Source: Rubripirellula sp. (GTDB taxonomy: Bacteria > Planctomycetota > Planctomycetia > Pirellulales > Pirellulaceae). Taken from it: a stretch of 64,000 nt of DNA. The notes beneath the pieces were generated by a model. The model was not told where the DNA came from and ran no database searches. It saw only the letters and a program-made list of their open reading frames with translations. A program made the position numbers and the translations under genes. The DNA lies in contig OZ244207.1 of the NCBI GenBank assembly GCA_965216875.1, positions 640,001 through 704,000 of the forward strand, given 5' to 3'. Numbering within the stretch: the first letter of the stretch is position 1; the number at the start of each line of letters is the position of its first letter. Below, one piece after another: positions 28,000 through 39,029 of this stretch.

Positions 28000-29010
28000 C
28001 TACTTTTGCATCGCTTGCAGTTTTTCTTTTGCCGCTCCGCCGTCGATTGCGGAGGTGGCTTGTTTGGCAGCCGATTGCAATGAGTCGGTTTTGCCAACGA
28101 GCAGGAGGGCTGCAGCCGTTCCGGCGATGACCGTGTCGCGACATGGCCCAGGTTCGCCGTCAAAGATCCGACGAATGATCGCGGCGCTTTCCGCGGGGTC
28201 GGCTGCGGCCAGAGCCTCTTGTCCGACGGGCAGGAGACCAAAATCGCTCGCCGTCCACGTGTGTTGGGTTTGCTGATCGCCGACGACTTCGATCACCGAA
28301 GTTTCGCCATCGAGTGAAACCTCATCTTGCCCATCACCGGCGTGAATGACAAAGGAACGCGCAGTGCCAAGTTGCGCCAGCGCGGCGGCAACCTTTTGGT
28401 GTGCGTCAACGCTTGATGTTCCAAGCAATTGATGCGTCGCGCCGGCTGGATTGCAAAGCGGGCCCAACAGATTGAACAGCGTCTTGACGCCAAGTTTTCG
28501 ACGGACGCCCACGACGTGTCGCATCGCTGGATGGAGCTTGGCGGCGAAACAGAAACAGATGCCGATCGAATCGAGTTTGGCCGCCACGGCGTCGGCGTCC
28601 GATTCGATGCCCACGCCAAGTTCTTCAAGGACGTCGGCCGAGCCGGTCAAACTGGTCGCCTTGCGGTTGCCGTGCTTGGCAACGGCAACGCCGCAGGCAG
28701 CTGCGGTGATCGCGACGGCGGTCGAGATATTGAACGTGCCGCTTCCGCTTCCGCCCGTTCCACAGGTGTCGAGGAGGACGCTGTGGCTGTGTGGGATTCG
28801 CGTCATGTGCGACCGCATCGCACGAGCCGCACCGACCATTTCGCTGACCGCTTCCCCTTTGGCCCGGAGCGCAAGCAGCAGCGCGCCCACCTCATCTTCG
28901 GAGGCGTCGCCCCGAAGCATCGCGTCGATCAACTCGGCGGTCTGATCAATCGAGAGGTCGGTTCCGGCGGAGGCTTGCGCGATTGCGGTCGGGAATGCAG
29001 AACTGGACAT
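28000..29010 (-). CDS. trpD: Anthranilate phosphoribosyltransferase
   Basis: DTCGTGGSG, FNISTA, KHGNR and GSADVLE. Confidence 0.95.
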   Translation of the reverse strand: MSSSAFPTAIAQASAGTDLSIDQTAELIDAMLRGDASEDEVGALLLALRAKGEAVSEMVGAARAMRSHMTRIPHSHSVLLDTCGTGGSGSGTFNISTAVAITAAACGVAVAKHGNRKATSLTGSADVLEELGVGIESDADAVAAKLDSIGICFCFAAKLHPAMRHVVGVRRKLGVKTLFNLLGPLCNPAGATHQLLGTSSVDAHQKVAAALAQLGTARSFVIHAGDGQDEVSLDGETSVIEVVGDQQTQHTWTASDFGLLPVGQEALAAADPAESAAIIRRIFDGEPGPCRDTVIAGTAAALLLVGKTDSLQSAAKQATSAIDGGAAKEKLQAMQK

Positions 29011-29182
29011 GAATGCGTTTCGATGCGAATGGTTGGAAGCGAAGATGGCTGGGAATCGAAGATCATACGCCGCGGCGGCTTCGCTGACAGCATGGACAAA
29101 GGTTCGAGAAGCGATTCGTTGGCGCCAAGCCTCGTCGGAAATCGGGGTCGTGCTGCGCGGCGTGAATTCCTAAACTGGTTGC

Positions 29183-30124
29183 ATGGCCCGCAAGATAATC
29201 ATCGATTGTGACCCTGGGATTGACGACGCCGTTGCATTGGCGATTGCGCTTTTTGACCCCAGGCTCGAGGTTTTGGCAATCACCGCGACGAGCGGGACTG
29301 TCGAAGCTGATCAGGCGACCGAAAACGTTTCGGCGATCCTCAGCCAGCTCGATCCGCCCAAATACCCGCGAATTGGCAAGGCAACCGCCGCAGCCGGTGC
29401 GTCGGTTGTGGACGACCGTCACCTCAACGGCAGTGACGGACTGGGCGACAGTGGGTTCCAATCATCGGGACGCCAGCACCAGATTTCGAGCGAAAAGGTG
29501 ATGGGCGAACTCGTTCGCAAACATTCGGGCGAAGTCACCTTGGTTTGTCTTGGACCGCTCACCAATTTGGCTCGGCTTTGCCAACGTGATCCAGGTGCCA
29601 TCTCGATGATCGACAAAGTGATCATCAGTGGCGGTACGGTCGAACGCCCCGGCAATGCGACGCCGGTGGCCGAGTTAAACATGTACTTCGACGCCGAAAG
29701 CGCGAACGACGTATTTCATTCGGGAACGACCAAGAGTTTGTTGCCGCTTGATGTGACCGAATCGATTCAGTTCGGTGTTCAATTGTTGGAACAACTGCCC
29801 AACAAATACACGCGTGCCGGATCGATGCTGCACAAGCTGTTGACCTTTGCCTTTCGTGCGGCTCACCAGCGTCTCGGCCGCGAGATGATCTCGCTTTACG
29901 ATGCCACGACGATCCTTGCCGTACTCGAACCTGACTTGTTCACATGGACCAACATGGCGGGCAAAGTCGAAACGCGCGGTGAACTCACCCGAGGCATGAC
30001 GATCTTTGATCGTCGCTTGCGGCCCGAGTGGCCGATGAACATGGAAGTCGCAACGGGCGTGGATGAAACCGAAGCCCAAGAAATGGTCGTTCGCAGTCTG
30101 CGATACGCTGGCCAGCAGAGCTAG
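29183..30124 (+). CDS. Nucleoside hydrolase (IUNH family)
   Basis: IIDCDPGIDDA, LGPLTNLA and AELNMYFD. Confidence 0.9.
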   Translation: MARKIIIDCDPGIDDAVALAIALFDPRLEVLAITATSGTVEADQATENVSAILSQLDPPKYPRIGKATAAAGASVVDDRHLNGSDGLGDSGFQSSGRQHQISSEKVMGELVRKHSGEVTLVCLGPLTNLARLCQRDPGAISMIDKVIISGGTVERPGNATPVAELNMYFDAESANDVFHSGTTKSLLPLDVTESIQFGVQLLEQLPNKYTRAGSMLHKLLTFAFRAAHQRLGREMISLYDATTILAVLEPDLFTWTNMAGKVETRGELTRGMTIFDRRLRPEWPMNMEVATGVDETEAQEMVVRSLRYAGQQS

Positions 30125-30162
30125 ATCATTGTTCCGCACCTACCTTCGCCAGAAGGTGGAAG

Positions 30163-32022
30163 TCACATCGGGTGATATTCGATGACGTCGCCCTGTTGGT
30201 AGTCCTGCAACGTGAGCGGTAGTTGTGGGTGTTCGAGTTCGCCCGCCGCGTGTGGCGGCAATGCTTCTTCGAGCTGATAGAGTTCATGTCGACGTGGATG
30301 ACATGCTTCATCCATGACGTGCGTTACCAACGCGACGATCAGTTCGTTGCGTCGCACTTCGTCGGAACGTTTTCGAAACAGACGTCCGAGCACCGGAATC
30401 TTGCCGAAGCCGGGGACAATCGATCGAAGATGCACGTCTTCTTCGCGAATCAATCCGCCAATAATGACCCCGCCGCCATCGGGCAACAGGATTGTCGTTT
30501 GCACTTCGGTGGTGTCTTCCTCGGGAAAACCGTTCTCGGTGATCTTGCCTCCCGAGACCTTTGGCAACACCGTCATCAAGACGTTGCCGTCATCGGTGAT
30601 CACCGGTTGGACGGTCAGTACGATGCCGACCTCGAGAAACTCGACGCTTTGAACCGTTGTCGTTTGTGTCGTCGTTGCGACAGAGTACGGCAGACGCTGA
30701 CCAATTTGAATCTTCGCTTCCTGGCGATTGACGACCGAGAGCTTTGGAGACGCCAGCGTGCGTGAATTGGTTTCGGAACGAATCAAATCAATCAACGTTC
30801 CCATGTCGGTCGAATCGACTCGCAGCGCAACCGCGGGTGTGCTCGGCTCTTCCTCGGCAAAGTTCTTGCCCTCGATCGAAATCTTGGCTGTCTTCAATCG
30901 AGCCAAACCGCGAAGGTTGATTCCGTGGCGTTCATCTTCGCCTAGCGCGATTTGCAGCACGTGAGCTTCGACCAGGACTTGGCGTGGCGGAACGTCGATT
31001 TGCGCAACGTACTGTGCGATCCGTTCGTGAGCCGAAGCGACATCCTCGACCACCAACAACTCACGTGTCTTGAGTTGGTCTTTCGAATCCGATTCGCTGA
31101 CAAAGACGCGTCCCGCTTCGGAAAGCAGGCCGTTGGCGACCGATTCGACTTCTTTCGCGGACACGTAGTCGAGCGGATAGACCTGCAAACGGCGACCTTG
31201 CACTCGGCGGTCAAGTCCAGGTGCTTTGGCGCTGGTGACGTAAAGCAGATTGTCGACGCGATGCCAGCTGAAGCCAGCCACTCCTGTGATCGCGTCGAGC
31301 ACTTCTTCGAGTTTCGCGCCGCGGATACTGACCGTAACGCTGCCTTGCACAAGTGGTCCGAGGACGAGGTTGAGCTTGTGGTGGTCGGCGATCATTCGCA
31401 AGACAGCCGTCAGGTCAGCGCCGGTGGCAACCAGCGTCACCAAATCACTTTCGCCATGCAGTTGAACCGATTGATCCGCTGCTTCCGACTCCACTGGTAC
31501 CAAAAGCGTCTCTTCCGAAACTTGTCGAATCGAAGCGGAAGGTTGTTGATTGCGAATCAGTTCGTGGAACGCTCGCGCAGGTTGCTCGGCAGGAATCGTC
31601 TGCGCCCCCGCGTTTCCGCCCGCCTGAGCAATCGGTTGGGCCGCGTGAGTGGTCGTACTGGCCGCGCGAGTTGGACTGGCGGGCTTGAGTTCACGCGGTT
31701 GCCACTTGCGATAGATGAAGTTGTTCGACGGCTGGCGGGGCGCAGTCGGCGCGACGGGGCGCGTGACCAGCTTTGGCAGCCTGGTCGCTTGCGCTGGTGG
31801 CGCGGGCGGCGCGTTGAGTGTTTGCGATTGAGAAGCTGTCGGCTGTGATTGGGTTGGCGCTTCACGAAGTTGGCGTGAAACATCGCGAGCCATTCGCAGC
31901 TTGGCTTCTGCAAATGTTCGTGGAGGCTCGAGCGGTTGGCTCGGCGGGTCGGCAGCGAGTTCGGCGCAGCAGGCAACGCAGAGCATCAGCACTCCGCATT
32001 GAATCAGCCGAATTCTAGGCAT
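30163..32022 (-). CDS. Secretin (GspD/PilQ family)
   Basis: QVLVEAHVLQ, ASPKL, GIVLTVQP, IIGGLI and IPVLGRLF; signal peptide. Confidence 0.9.
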   Translation of the reverse strand: MPRIRLIQCGVLMLCVACCAELAADPPSQPLEPPRTFAEAKLRMARDVSRQLREAPTQSQPTASQSQTLNAPPAPPAQATRLPKLVTRPVAPTAPRQPSNNFIYRKWQPRELKPASPTRAASTTTHAAQPIAQAGGNAGAQTIPAEQPARAFHELIRNQQPSASIRQVSEETLLVPVESEAADQSVQLHGESDLVTLVATGADLTAVLRMIADHHKLNLVLGPLVQGSVTVSIRGAKLEEVLDAITGVAGFSWHRVDNLLYVTSAKAPGLDRRVQGRRLQVYPLDYVSAKEVESVANGLLSEAGRVFVSESDSKDQLKTRELLVVEDVASAHERIAQYVAQIDVPPRQVLVEAHVLQIALGEDERHGINLRGLARLKTAKISIEGKNFAEEEPSTPAVALRVDSTDMGTLIDLIRSETNSRTLASPKLSVVNRQEAKIQIGQRLPYSVATTTQTTTVQSVEFLEVGIVLTVQPVITDDGNVLMTVLPKVSGGKITENGFPEEDTTEVQTTILLPDGGGVIIGGLIREEDVHLRSIVPGFGKIPVLGRLFRKRSDEVRRNELIVALVTHVMDEACHPRRHELYQLEEALPPHAAGELEHPQLPLTLQDYQQGDVIEYHPM

Positions 32023-32204
32023 GTTGTTCGCCGTAACCGCTGTGTGGGGACACCGTAAAACCGTTGCAACCGTTAAAGTCGGTATGATCGGTATCGGCGA
32101 TCACCCCACCGGCGGCGAATCGAATCGCTGCAAAATGTGCGAATTCCGCGAACTTGGTCACCGAAGGCGTAGAGAATGCCCCCCGATGAGACGGCACATT
32201 GCTA

Positions 32205-32687
32205 TCAACGTGAGATCTCGATTCCTTCGTCGCTCACGTCGATCACTTTGCGACCATCTGGCAGCGGTTGCCCCTGGCGAATGATCGATCCGCTGACGAT
32301 TGCGGACTGAGATTGCCCCGAGCCGTAGACGGCTTGCACACGAAGCGGGCCGCGTTGGGCGGCTTGTCGCGAGGGAAGCTTGTCGGCATGAAAGAGTGCC
32401 GTGTCGGCGACTTGTTCAACGTTGACGCGCGACAGTTGACGCGTTGCCAAGAACTCTTGTGGAACATCGTTGCTTGCAGTGGCTTCGGCCGTTGGCTGAG
32501 CGATGATCGCAAGTTCGGGCTGCGACTGGGCGCTGGCCACTTCTTCGGTCTCAGGCTCAGGTTGAAAGATCACGACTCCCAACAGCACCGCCAACAACAC
32601 GGCGGCCACGATCTTCTTTTTGGCATCCTTGTCACCCGACGTTTGGCTTGAATCGTCAGCTTGGTTTACAACCGAATCAACTTGCAT
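32205..32687 (-). CDS. Hypothetical pilus/T2SS accessory protein (PilP/GspB-like position)
   Basis: One TM segment plus a C-terminal beta domain (SAIVSGSIIRQGQ); operon position. Confidence 0.55.
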   Translation of the reverse strand: MQVDSVVNQADDSSQTSGDKDAKKKIVAAVLLAVLLGVVIFQPEPETEEVASAQSQPELAIIAQPTAEATASNDVPQEFLATRQLSRVNVEQVADTALFHADKLPSRQAAQRGPLRVQAVYGSGQSQSAIVSGSIIRQGQPLPDGRKVIDVSDEGIEISR

Positions 32688-33411
32688 CGCTCGACTCCTT
32701 TGGCAAGAGGCGTCCCGCGACGCTGCCGTCGGCTGCGTAGGGCAGGCGTAGCGAAAGGGTAAGGCTGCAGGTCGTTTGCGGTTTGCGACTGCGTCGGTTG
32801 GCCAGGAATTGTCCGTCTGGCTTTTGGCGTTCGTTGGACTTTCGTCTCTCGTTGAGCCCGACTTGCTCTTCGGGGCTCAGACGCTCGAGCGACATTTCGC
32901 TGCACGCGACGGCTAAATCGGAATCGCCAAGGGCGACGACCAATCGGCAAAGGTCTCCGTAGCTGCCTTCCAATTGACAGGTGGTCGCAGCAACTCCGAC
33001 CCGCGTGCCCACGTGCTCGACCGGATCGCCGATCGCCACAACGTCGACATGGTGACTCAGTGCGATCTTTCGAATCGCATCGGTCGTGTCTTCCCAATCG
33101 AGCGATTTTGGCAACCAGCGATCGATCGCTTCGACACGTTGTTCGAGCTGCGACGCTTCATCGAAGGCCTGAGCATAGGTTTGGCGCCACTGGGGTGCGT
33201 TGGCAAGCATTGCCGCCGCCTCGTGGTAATTGATCGATTGTCCGTCGCTATTGATTTCCACCACAACGTTATTTCGGTTCACCCAAACCCAACCGGTGGC
33301 TGCGAGCAACAGACCGGTCAAGGTAGCGCCCACAACGTGGCAAGTGATCACCGATTGAAAGGGGTGCTGGCGCACGTCAAAGACCGACAGCCGGCCGCTC
33401 ATCTTGCTCAT
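32677..33411 (-). CDS. PilO-like protein
   Basis: TM segment, coiled coil and LEGSYGDLCRLV ferredoxin-like motif; operon position. Confidence 0.6.
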   Translation of the reverse strand: MSKMSGRLSVFDVRQHPFQSVITCHVVGATLTGLLLAATGWVWVNRNNVVVEINSDGQSINYHEAAAMLANAPQWRQTYAQAFDEASQLEQRVEAIDRWLPKSLDWEDTTDAIRKIALSHHVDVVAIGDPVEHVGTRVGVAATTCQLEGSYGDLCRLVVALGDSDLAVACSEMSLERLSPEEQVGLNERRKSNERQKPDGQFLANRRSRKPQTTCSLTLSLRLPYAADGSVAGRLLPKESSDAS

Positions 33412-34034
33412 GGCAACACCTGTGTAGCGACGGGGGTGGCGTTGATGATGACCTGTGCGTTTTCGCGATCGAGCGCGGGTGCATCCATTTCAGCGGAATC
33501 GATTCGGTCCGAAGCGTTCATGGCCTCGACCCACTCTTTGGCCGCGATGGTTGAACCGGTTCGAGCGGTCACCGAAAGCGAGGGCAGGGCCCATGCCGGA
33601 ATGGTTTCAGAATCGTGCGGGTATTCAAGAGGCAGCTTGACTTGCAGTTTGTCGATTTTGATTTGCTCTGATTCCGACGCCTGCACGACACTTGTTGACG
33701 CGTCGACGACCGCTGCCATCGTTTGGAACAGATCGTCACTGGGCTTTGTGGTTTCAACCCAAGCACACCAGTTTCGGCGTTTGGCGTTGTCTTGGTTCAT
33801 GACAGCGATTTCACGGCGCAGCTGAAACAATGGCAAACTTGCGGTGACCACTTGTTGCCGTTCCTGCTGTTCCTGGTGCGACCGCAGCGTTGCCGCGACT
33901 GCGATGCCACCAAACACCGTCGCGGAGGTGATCGTCGTGGCCAGCCATCCGTAAAGGACGTGCCGTAGCCGACGCTGATTGACAAATCGCGGCGGCAACA
34001 TTTCATACTGTTGGCTTTCTTGCTCAGTTCCCAT
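33408..34034 (-). CDS. PilN-like protein
   Basis: EMLPP followed by TM segment and coiled coil; ATG at 34034 overlaps the upstream stop. Confidence 0.55.
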   Translation of the reverse strand: MGTEQESQQYEMLPPRFVNQRRLRHVLYGWLATTITSATVFGGIAVAATLRSHQEQQERQQVVTASLPLFQLRREIAVMNQDNAKRRNWCAWVETTKPSDDLFQTMAAVVDASTSVVQASESEQIKIDKLQVKLPLEYPHDSETIPAWALPSLSVTARTGSTIAAKEWVEAMNASDRIDSAEMDAPALDRENAQVIINATPVATQVLP

Positions 34035-35089
34035 CACGACCTCCCACTCGTTTCCAAAAAGGCGGCGCGGTGTGCCAAGGAAACGGCAATCGCGCGCGAT
34101 GGGTCGTGATAAGAAGGCATCTCCTGAGGGTCGAGCGCGCCGATCGGCCGCTTCCGACTCGCATAGCGCCAAACAGCAACAGGACGGCCAAGTTGAGTCG
34201 CGAGCACGGCATCAACGCCCTCGGTCTCGGCGACCGTTCCACATATCAAAACAGGTTTGGCCTGCACCGAAGTGTTTGAAGCTCGGCCTGAGTAGCGTAG
34301 CGTGGCGTTGATTTCGTCGGCGATGGTTTCGAGCCAAGGTTCGAATTGGTCGATGCCAGCCAATCCATCACTCGGCAAAGTGAATGCGGGCAAAGGTCGA
34401 CAGAGCCCGCAGTGGTCCTCCGGAACGTCCTCGCTCCCATCGCGCTGCGTCGCCGCGGCGACGACTCCACCATAGGTTTCCAGCACTGCAACGGCCGACG
34501 GCGAGATACCGGTGAGTGCCTTGGCTGAACAAATGAGAGCGGCGCCGTGGGGCAAGATGTGTTTGATTCTGTAACCGCTTCTGCAAAGTATTTCGGCGAT
34601 TTGACAGGCGGCATTCTCGCTGGTTGCCGCGATCACTTGTTGCGGCTTTTGAGGCCAGACTGGCCAGCTGCAAACGTGGGCATCACTTTGAAAGACCGAA
34701 GCCCGAAACATGGCGTCGCAATTGGCTTGGCTTGTCTGTCGGTCACCGTCGCCACTGATTTCGTAGTGGATCCACGACAGGGGAAGACTGAGCGCCGTCG
34801 CATTCACCTCGCCGTCGACGCAACGAGGCAACTTGTCGACCAACGTTTGGCAGATCGTATCGACCAGGTTGGGTGTGGGTGGACGAGTCGGATCGACGGG
34901 CAACGCAAATTCGCATCGCGAATCCCATTGGAAACGGCTCGGGTCCTGGGCGTCCTGTGCCGTCATGCAGGCGATGTGGACTCGATCGACGCCAATATCA
35001 ATCCCGATGAACCGCTCGGCGCAGCGGCGAGCCCAGGGGGCAAAGCGGCGCGAAGTGCTGGCGGTCGGTTGTGAAACAGCGTCGAACAT
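34034..35089 (-). CDS. PilM-like protein (divergent actin-like fold)
   Basis: FIGIDIG N-terminal motif, VLICG and AIAVSLA; operon position. Confidence 0.6.
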   Translation of the reverse strand: MFDAVSQPTASTSRRFAPWARRCAERFIGIDIGVDRVHIACMTAQDAQDPSRFQWDSRCEFALPVDPTRPPTPNLVDTICQTLVDKLPRCVDGEVNATALSLPLSWIHYEISGDGDRQTSQANCDAMFRASVFQSDAHVCSWPVWPQKPQQVIAATSENAACQIAEILCRSGYRIKHILPHGAALICSAKALTGISPSAVAVLETYGGVVAAATQRDGSEDVPEDHCGLCRPLPAFTLPSDGLAGIDQFEPWLETIADEINATLRYSGRASNTSVQAKPVLICGTVAETEGVDAVLATQLGRPVAVWRYASRKRPIGALDPQEMPSYHDPSRAIAVSLAHRAAFLETSGRS

Positions 35090-35262
35090 GCGGGAAGGCG
35101 AAATCGCTGGAAGGTTGTTGCGTGGCGGGATTTCGATAATGAACCGTATGCATCTACGTCACACCAAGGCGGTTGTCAAAACCGTCCGCATGAAAAACAG
35201 GCACAATCCCGACTGCCGTCACAACCGCCGTCGCGACGCGCGTCAGAGCGTGGTGCCAGTTA

Positions 35263-35597
35263 GTAGTACCGAGCTTTAGCCGGATCTTTTGTAGGCCGAA
35301 TCAAGGAGCGACTGCGACACAGATTCGGCAAGGAAAGGCCGTAGGGTGTGTGCTTGCACGCACCAAGCCTTCCCAGAAAAGAGAATGGCCACAAAAAGCA
35401 CAAGAAGTCACGAAGAAAGAATGTCGCAGCTTTACGCGACGTCTCGTGTTTTGGTGATAATCGTCCGTAATTGCCACCCAGTTTGTAGTACCGAGCTTTA
35501 GCTGGAATCTTCGGTCTCTTCCGCCTAAAGACGCCTAAAGGCGGTACTACGAACCCGTGAACGTGACGCTGCTTTCGCGGAGCGAAAGGCGACGTTC
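35263..35597. repeat. Mixed REP cluster inside the pilus locus
   Basis: gtagtaccgagctttagc x2, gtaggccgaatcaaggagcgac, gtagggtgtgtgcttgcacgcacc and ctttcgcggagcgaaag. Confidence 0.8.
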
Positions 35598-35601
35598 AGG
35601 C

Positions 35602-36807
35602 TTACCGCACTGAGGAAACATCCAATAGCGGCAGCAGCAGTGACATCACGACACCGGCAACCACCACTCCCATGACCAAAATGATGGCCGGCTCGAGTGC
35701 GACGACGAGCCGTTTGATACTCCGCCCAGCTTCTTCTTCGTAGTATTGGCCGATGTTCTCAAGGACTTCTGCGACGCGTCCTGTGCGTTCCGCCGTCGCC
35801 ATCATTTGGGCTGATTCACTCGGCAGGAAATCGACGTTGAACATCGCCTCGCTCGCTCTTGAGCCGTCGATCAGTTTGTCTTCGATTCGATCAAGCAACG
35901 ATCGCCAATAGAGATCGCGAGTCGTGTTCCTTGCCAAGCGAACCGATTGCAACAAAGGGACGCCGCCTTGGACCATGGTGGCCAACAAGCGAAACATGCG
36001 GCCGGCCTGGAGCGGTCGATAGGCGTTGCGTATTGGCCAGGCGTACATCAACGCTCGGTTGATCGGACGCTGGACCAATGGATTGCGTCGCAGCGACAGA
36101 AGGCCTGCGATCGCAGCGATGGTCAGCGGCAGAATCTTCATCCAGTGCGCTCGGGAAAATTCGCCGAGGTCCAACAGCATCTGTGTCGACCAAGGAACGG
36201 GCTGTCCCAGAGAAACGAAGACTTTGCTGAATTGTGGTAACACACCAAGCACCAAGGCGGCCATGACGATGGTCGAGGCCGCGATCAAGATCGCTGGATA
36301 AATCATTGCGCCCAGGACAGTGCCGCGCATCGTCAGTTCTGCGCGCATCCGCGAGCAGACATTACCGAGCGTCTCGGGAACGTTGCCCGTCGCTTCGGCG
36401 GCGGCGAGCATAGGCGCGAGTGTGCTGGGGAAGTGGTCACCGTAATTGGCAACGGCTGCCGAAAAGGGTTGGCCGCCATTGACGCACTGATGAATTTGTT
36501 CGAGCGATTGGGCGAGCCGTTTGTTTCGGCAACCGAGGGCGACCGATTCAATCGCCTCGGCGATGTCGATTCCATTCTGGCTCATCACGGCGAGCTGATT
36601 GAGTGTCAACAGCACGGTGCCTCTTGAGACGCCGAACGAAGAGCGTTTCTTCACGGGGCTGAGCGGAAACGCGGCCCCTTTGGCCTGGTCACCACGTCCA
36701 ACCGGTGACGTGTTTGGCGAAACAGGTGCTGCGTCATTGCCCGCAGGCATATGCACGACGGCATCCTGGTTTTGTTGTGGATCAAAAGGAGCGTAAGTGG
36801 GAAGCAT
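35602..36807 (-). CDS. Type II secretion F / PilC inner-membrane platform protein
   Basis: Two T2SSF repeats: AAEATGNV..YPAIL and AERTGRV..LEP. Confidence 0.9.
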   Translation of the reverse strand: MLPTYAPFDPQQNQDAVVHMPAGNDAAPVSPNTSPVGRGDQAKGAAFPLSPVKKRSSFGVSRGTVLLTLNQLAVMSQNGIDIAEAIESVALGCRNKRLAQSLEQIHQCVNGGQPFSAAVANYGDHFPSTLAPMLAAAEATGNVPETLGNVCSRMRAELTMRGTVLGAMIYPAILIAASTIVMAALVLGVLPQFSKVFVSLGQPVPWSTQMLLDLGEFSRAHWMKILPLTIAAIAGLLSLRRNPLVQRPINRALMYAWPIRNAYRPLQAGRMFRLLATMVQGGVPLLQSVRLARNTTRDLYWRSLLDRIEDKLIDGSRASEAMFNVDFLPSESAQMMATAERTGRVAEVLENIGQYYEEEAGRSIKRLVVALEPAIILVMGVVVAGVVMSLLLPLLDVSSVR

Positions 36808-36829
36808 GGTGATGAATCATGCGCCGCAA

Positions 36830-38659
36830 CTAGTCGACCGTTGCAACGCGAGCGACCTCCTCCAGGCTAGTGACTCCGGCTGCCGCCAAACGCATTCCTT
36901 CGCTAAAGAGTGTTGTCCCGTCGTGTGCCGCGCGCAGCTCGTCGAGCGTGGCTTCGCGGTTGATCAAGTTGCGCAGGATCGAGTCGCTTTCGACGATTTC
37001 GTAGATGCCCGTTCGGCCGCGATACCCTGATTCAAAGCATTGCGAACATCCACGGCTGCGTGAGAATCGATGGCGCATATCGCCTTTGAATTGAAACTCT
37101 TCAAGCAACGCCGTTGACGGATAGTACGACTCGCGGCAGTTTTCGCAGAGGTTGCGTACCAAGCGTTGTGCGATCACGCCAACGAGTGCCGCTGCGATCT
37201 TGAAACGCTCGACACCCATATCGACCAAACGCGTGATTGCCGAAAGGCTGTCATTGGTGTGGAGCGTGCTGAGGACCAAGTGACCGGTCAAGGCAGCTTG
37301 GATGGCGGTCTCGGCCGTTTCGCGGTCTCGGATTTCGCCGACCATGATCACGTCCGGGTCCTGACGCAAGATGCTGCGCAGCGCATGGGCAAAGGTCACA
37401 CCGCTGTCAGATTGAATCTGAACCTGGTTGATCAATTCCAGTTGGTATTCAACGGGATCTTCAACCGTGATGACGTTTTTCTCGACCCCCTTGATCAATT
37501 CGATTGCCGAATAGAGTGTGGTCGTTTTACCGCTACCGGTCGGACCGGTCACCAGCACCAAACCGTGCGGGCGACCGAGGATGCGTCGAACGGTCGAAAG
37601 CGAATCATTGGGAAAGCCAAGCTTGTTCAAATCGAACGTCAAGCTTTGCCGGTCCAAGACACGAAGCACAACCTTTTCGCCCAGAACCGTTGGCAGTGTG
37701 CTGACACGAAGGTCGATATCGCGACGTGAGATTCGAACGTGCAAGCGACCGTCTTGCGGTTGACGATGCTCGGCAATGTCAAGTTTTGCCATCACCTTCA
37801 CACGTGAAACGATCGCCGCATGCAGGTCTTTTCGCGGCCGCATCACTTCGCGCAGCGAACCGTCGATACGGAATCGGATCGAAGTGCTCTTGGGACCTGG
37901 TTCGATGTGAATGTCGCTGGCACCCTGGCGAACCGCTTGAACGATCGCGTAGTTGACCAAGTTGATGACGGGGCTGCCTTCGGCAAGCTGCTGAGCACCG
38001 GCAAGGTCAAGGTCGATGGTGTCGGATTCAAAGTCGAGTTGTTCCACGTCAAGATCGGCGGTCACCGAGTCGACGCTAAAATCGTCTTCATAACAACGCG
38101 GCAGCAAACGTTCGATACCGGCGGCGAGCGTGAAGACCGGACGAATGCGACAGCCACTGACGCGTGCGAGTGTATCGATCGCCGAAAGATCGTGCGGGTC
38201 GGCCATGGCGACGGTCAATTCGTCGCGCACGTGCATCAGCGGAATCGCTTGAAATTGTTCCGCGTGATGTCGTGGCACGAGCCGAACGGCCAGCGGGTCG
38301 ATCAACCCTTCTCGCAATCGAACCCCTTCCACGCCAAGTTGCTCGCCGAGCAGCGGAAGCAGGTTGCCTTCATCGACCAAGCCGAGTTCGGCGACAATTT
38401 CACCGAGCCGCTTGTTACGCCGGGGCATCGGTTGTTCTTCGCCAGCCGTGTCGCCGGAAGATGGCTTTTGCGATTCCGATGCTTGGTGCGAAAGCGCGGA
38501 ATCAAGTTGGTCTTCGTGAATCAAGCCGGCTTCGATCAGCCGCTGTCCCAGAGGAACTTGCGAGCCAACTCGCTTGCGCGGCCGCGCCGGGTTGACCACA
38601 TGCGGAACGATCTCGGCGCCCTCAGTACTGGCCGGATCCAGATTAAGAATGTCATCCAT
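36830..38659 (-). CDS. GspE/PilB assembly ATPase
   Basis: ASDIHIEP, GPTGSGKTTTLY, LRQDPDVIMVGEIRD and a Zn tetracysteine. Confidence 0.95.
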   Translation of the reverse strand: MDDILNLDPASTEGAEIVPHVVNPARPRKRVGSQVPLGQRLIEAGLIHEDQLDSALSHQASESQKPSSGDTAGEEQPMPRRNKRLGEIVAELGLVDEGNLLPLLGEQLGVEGVRLREGLIDPLAVRLVPRHHAEQFQAIPLMHVRDELTVAMADPHDLSAIDTLARVSGCRIRPVFTLAAGIERLLPRCYEDDFSVDSVTADLDVEQLDFESDTIDLDLAGAQQLAEGSPVINLVNYAIVQAVRQGASDIHIEPGPKSTSIRFRIDGSLREVMRPRKDLHAAIVSRVKVMAKLDIAEHRQPQDGRLHVRISRRDIDLRVSTLPTVLGEKVVLRVLDRQSLTFDLNKLGFPNDSLSTVRRILGRPHGLVLVTGPTGSGKTTTLYSAIELIKGVEKNVITVEDPVEYQLELINQVQIQSDSGVTFAHALRSILRQDPDVIMVGEIRDRETAETAIQAALTGHLVLSTLHTNDSLSAITRLVDMGVERFKIAAALVGVIAQRLVRNLCENCRESYYPSTALLEEFQFKGDMRHRFSRSRGCSQCFESGYRGRTGIYEIVESDSILRNLINREATLDELRAAHDGTTLFSEGMRLAAAGVTSLEEVARVATVD

Positions 38660-38682
38660 CGGTTCGATTGCCTCCTTGGGGC

Positions 38683-39015
38683 CTAGGCGAAGCTGCCCAG
38701 CGCGCTGGTCAAGTCATCGAACTGTTGAACGGATGCGCCGACCGCCGTGATCCTCAAGATGTCTTGGCACAATTCGCCAACACTGCAAAGACGCAGACAA
38801 CCGCCGCGACGGCAACACGTTTCGTCCCAATCGAGAATCCATTCCAAACCAGCACTATCGATCAGCGGGGTTTCGGAAAGGTCCATCACCAGATAGGGGA
38901 CACCGGCCGCCAAATGTGGCTTGAGTTCTTGGTCAATCGCTTCGGTCGCATCGACACGCAGCGGACCGTCTGGCCGCAGCACGGTGACGGCACCATGTTG
39001 GTTGATCGATTGCAT
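38683..39015 (-). CDS. STAS-domain protein
   Basis: VMDLSETPLIDSAGLEWI...ILRIT. Confidence 0.85.
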   Translation of the reverse strand: MQSINQHGAVTVLRPDGPLRVDATEAIDQELKPHLAAGVPYLVMDLSETPLIDSAGLEWILDWDETCCRRGGCLRLCSVGELCQDILRITAVGASVQQFDDLTSALGSFA

Positions 39016-39029
39016 GAGTGTCTCCGCCG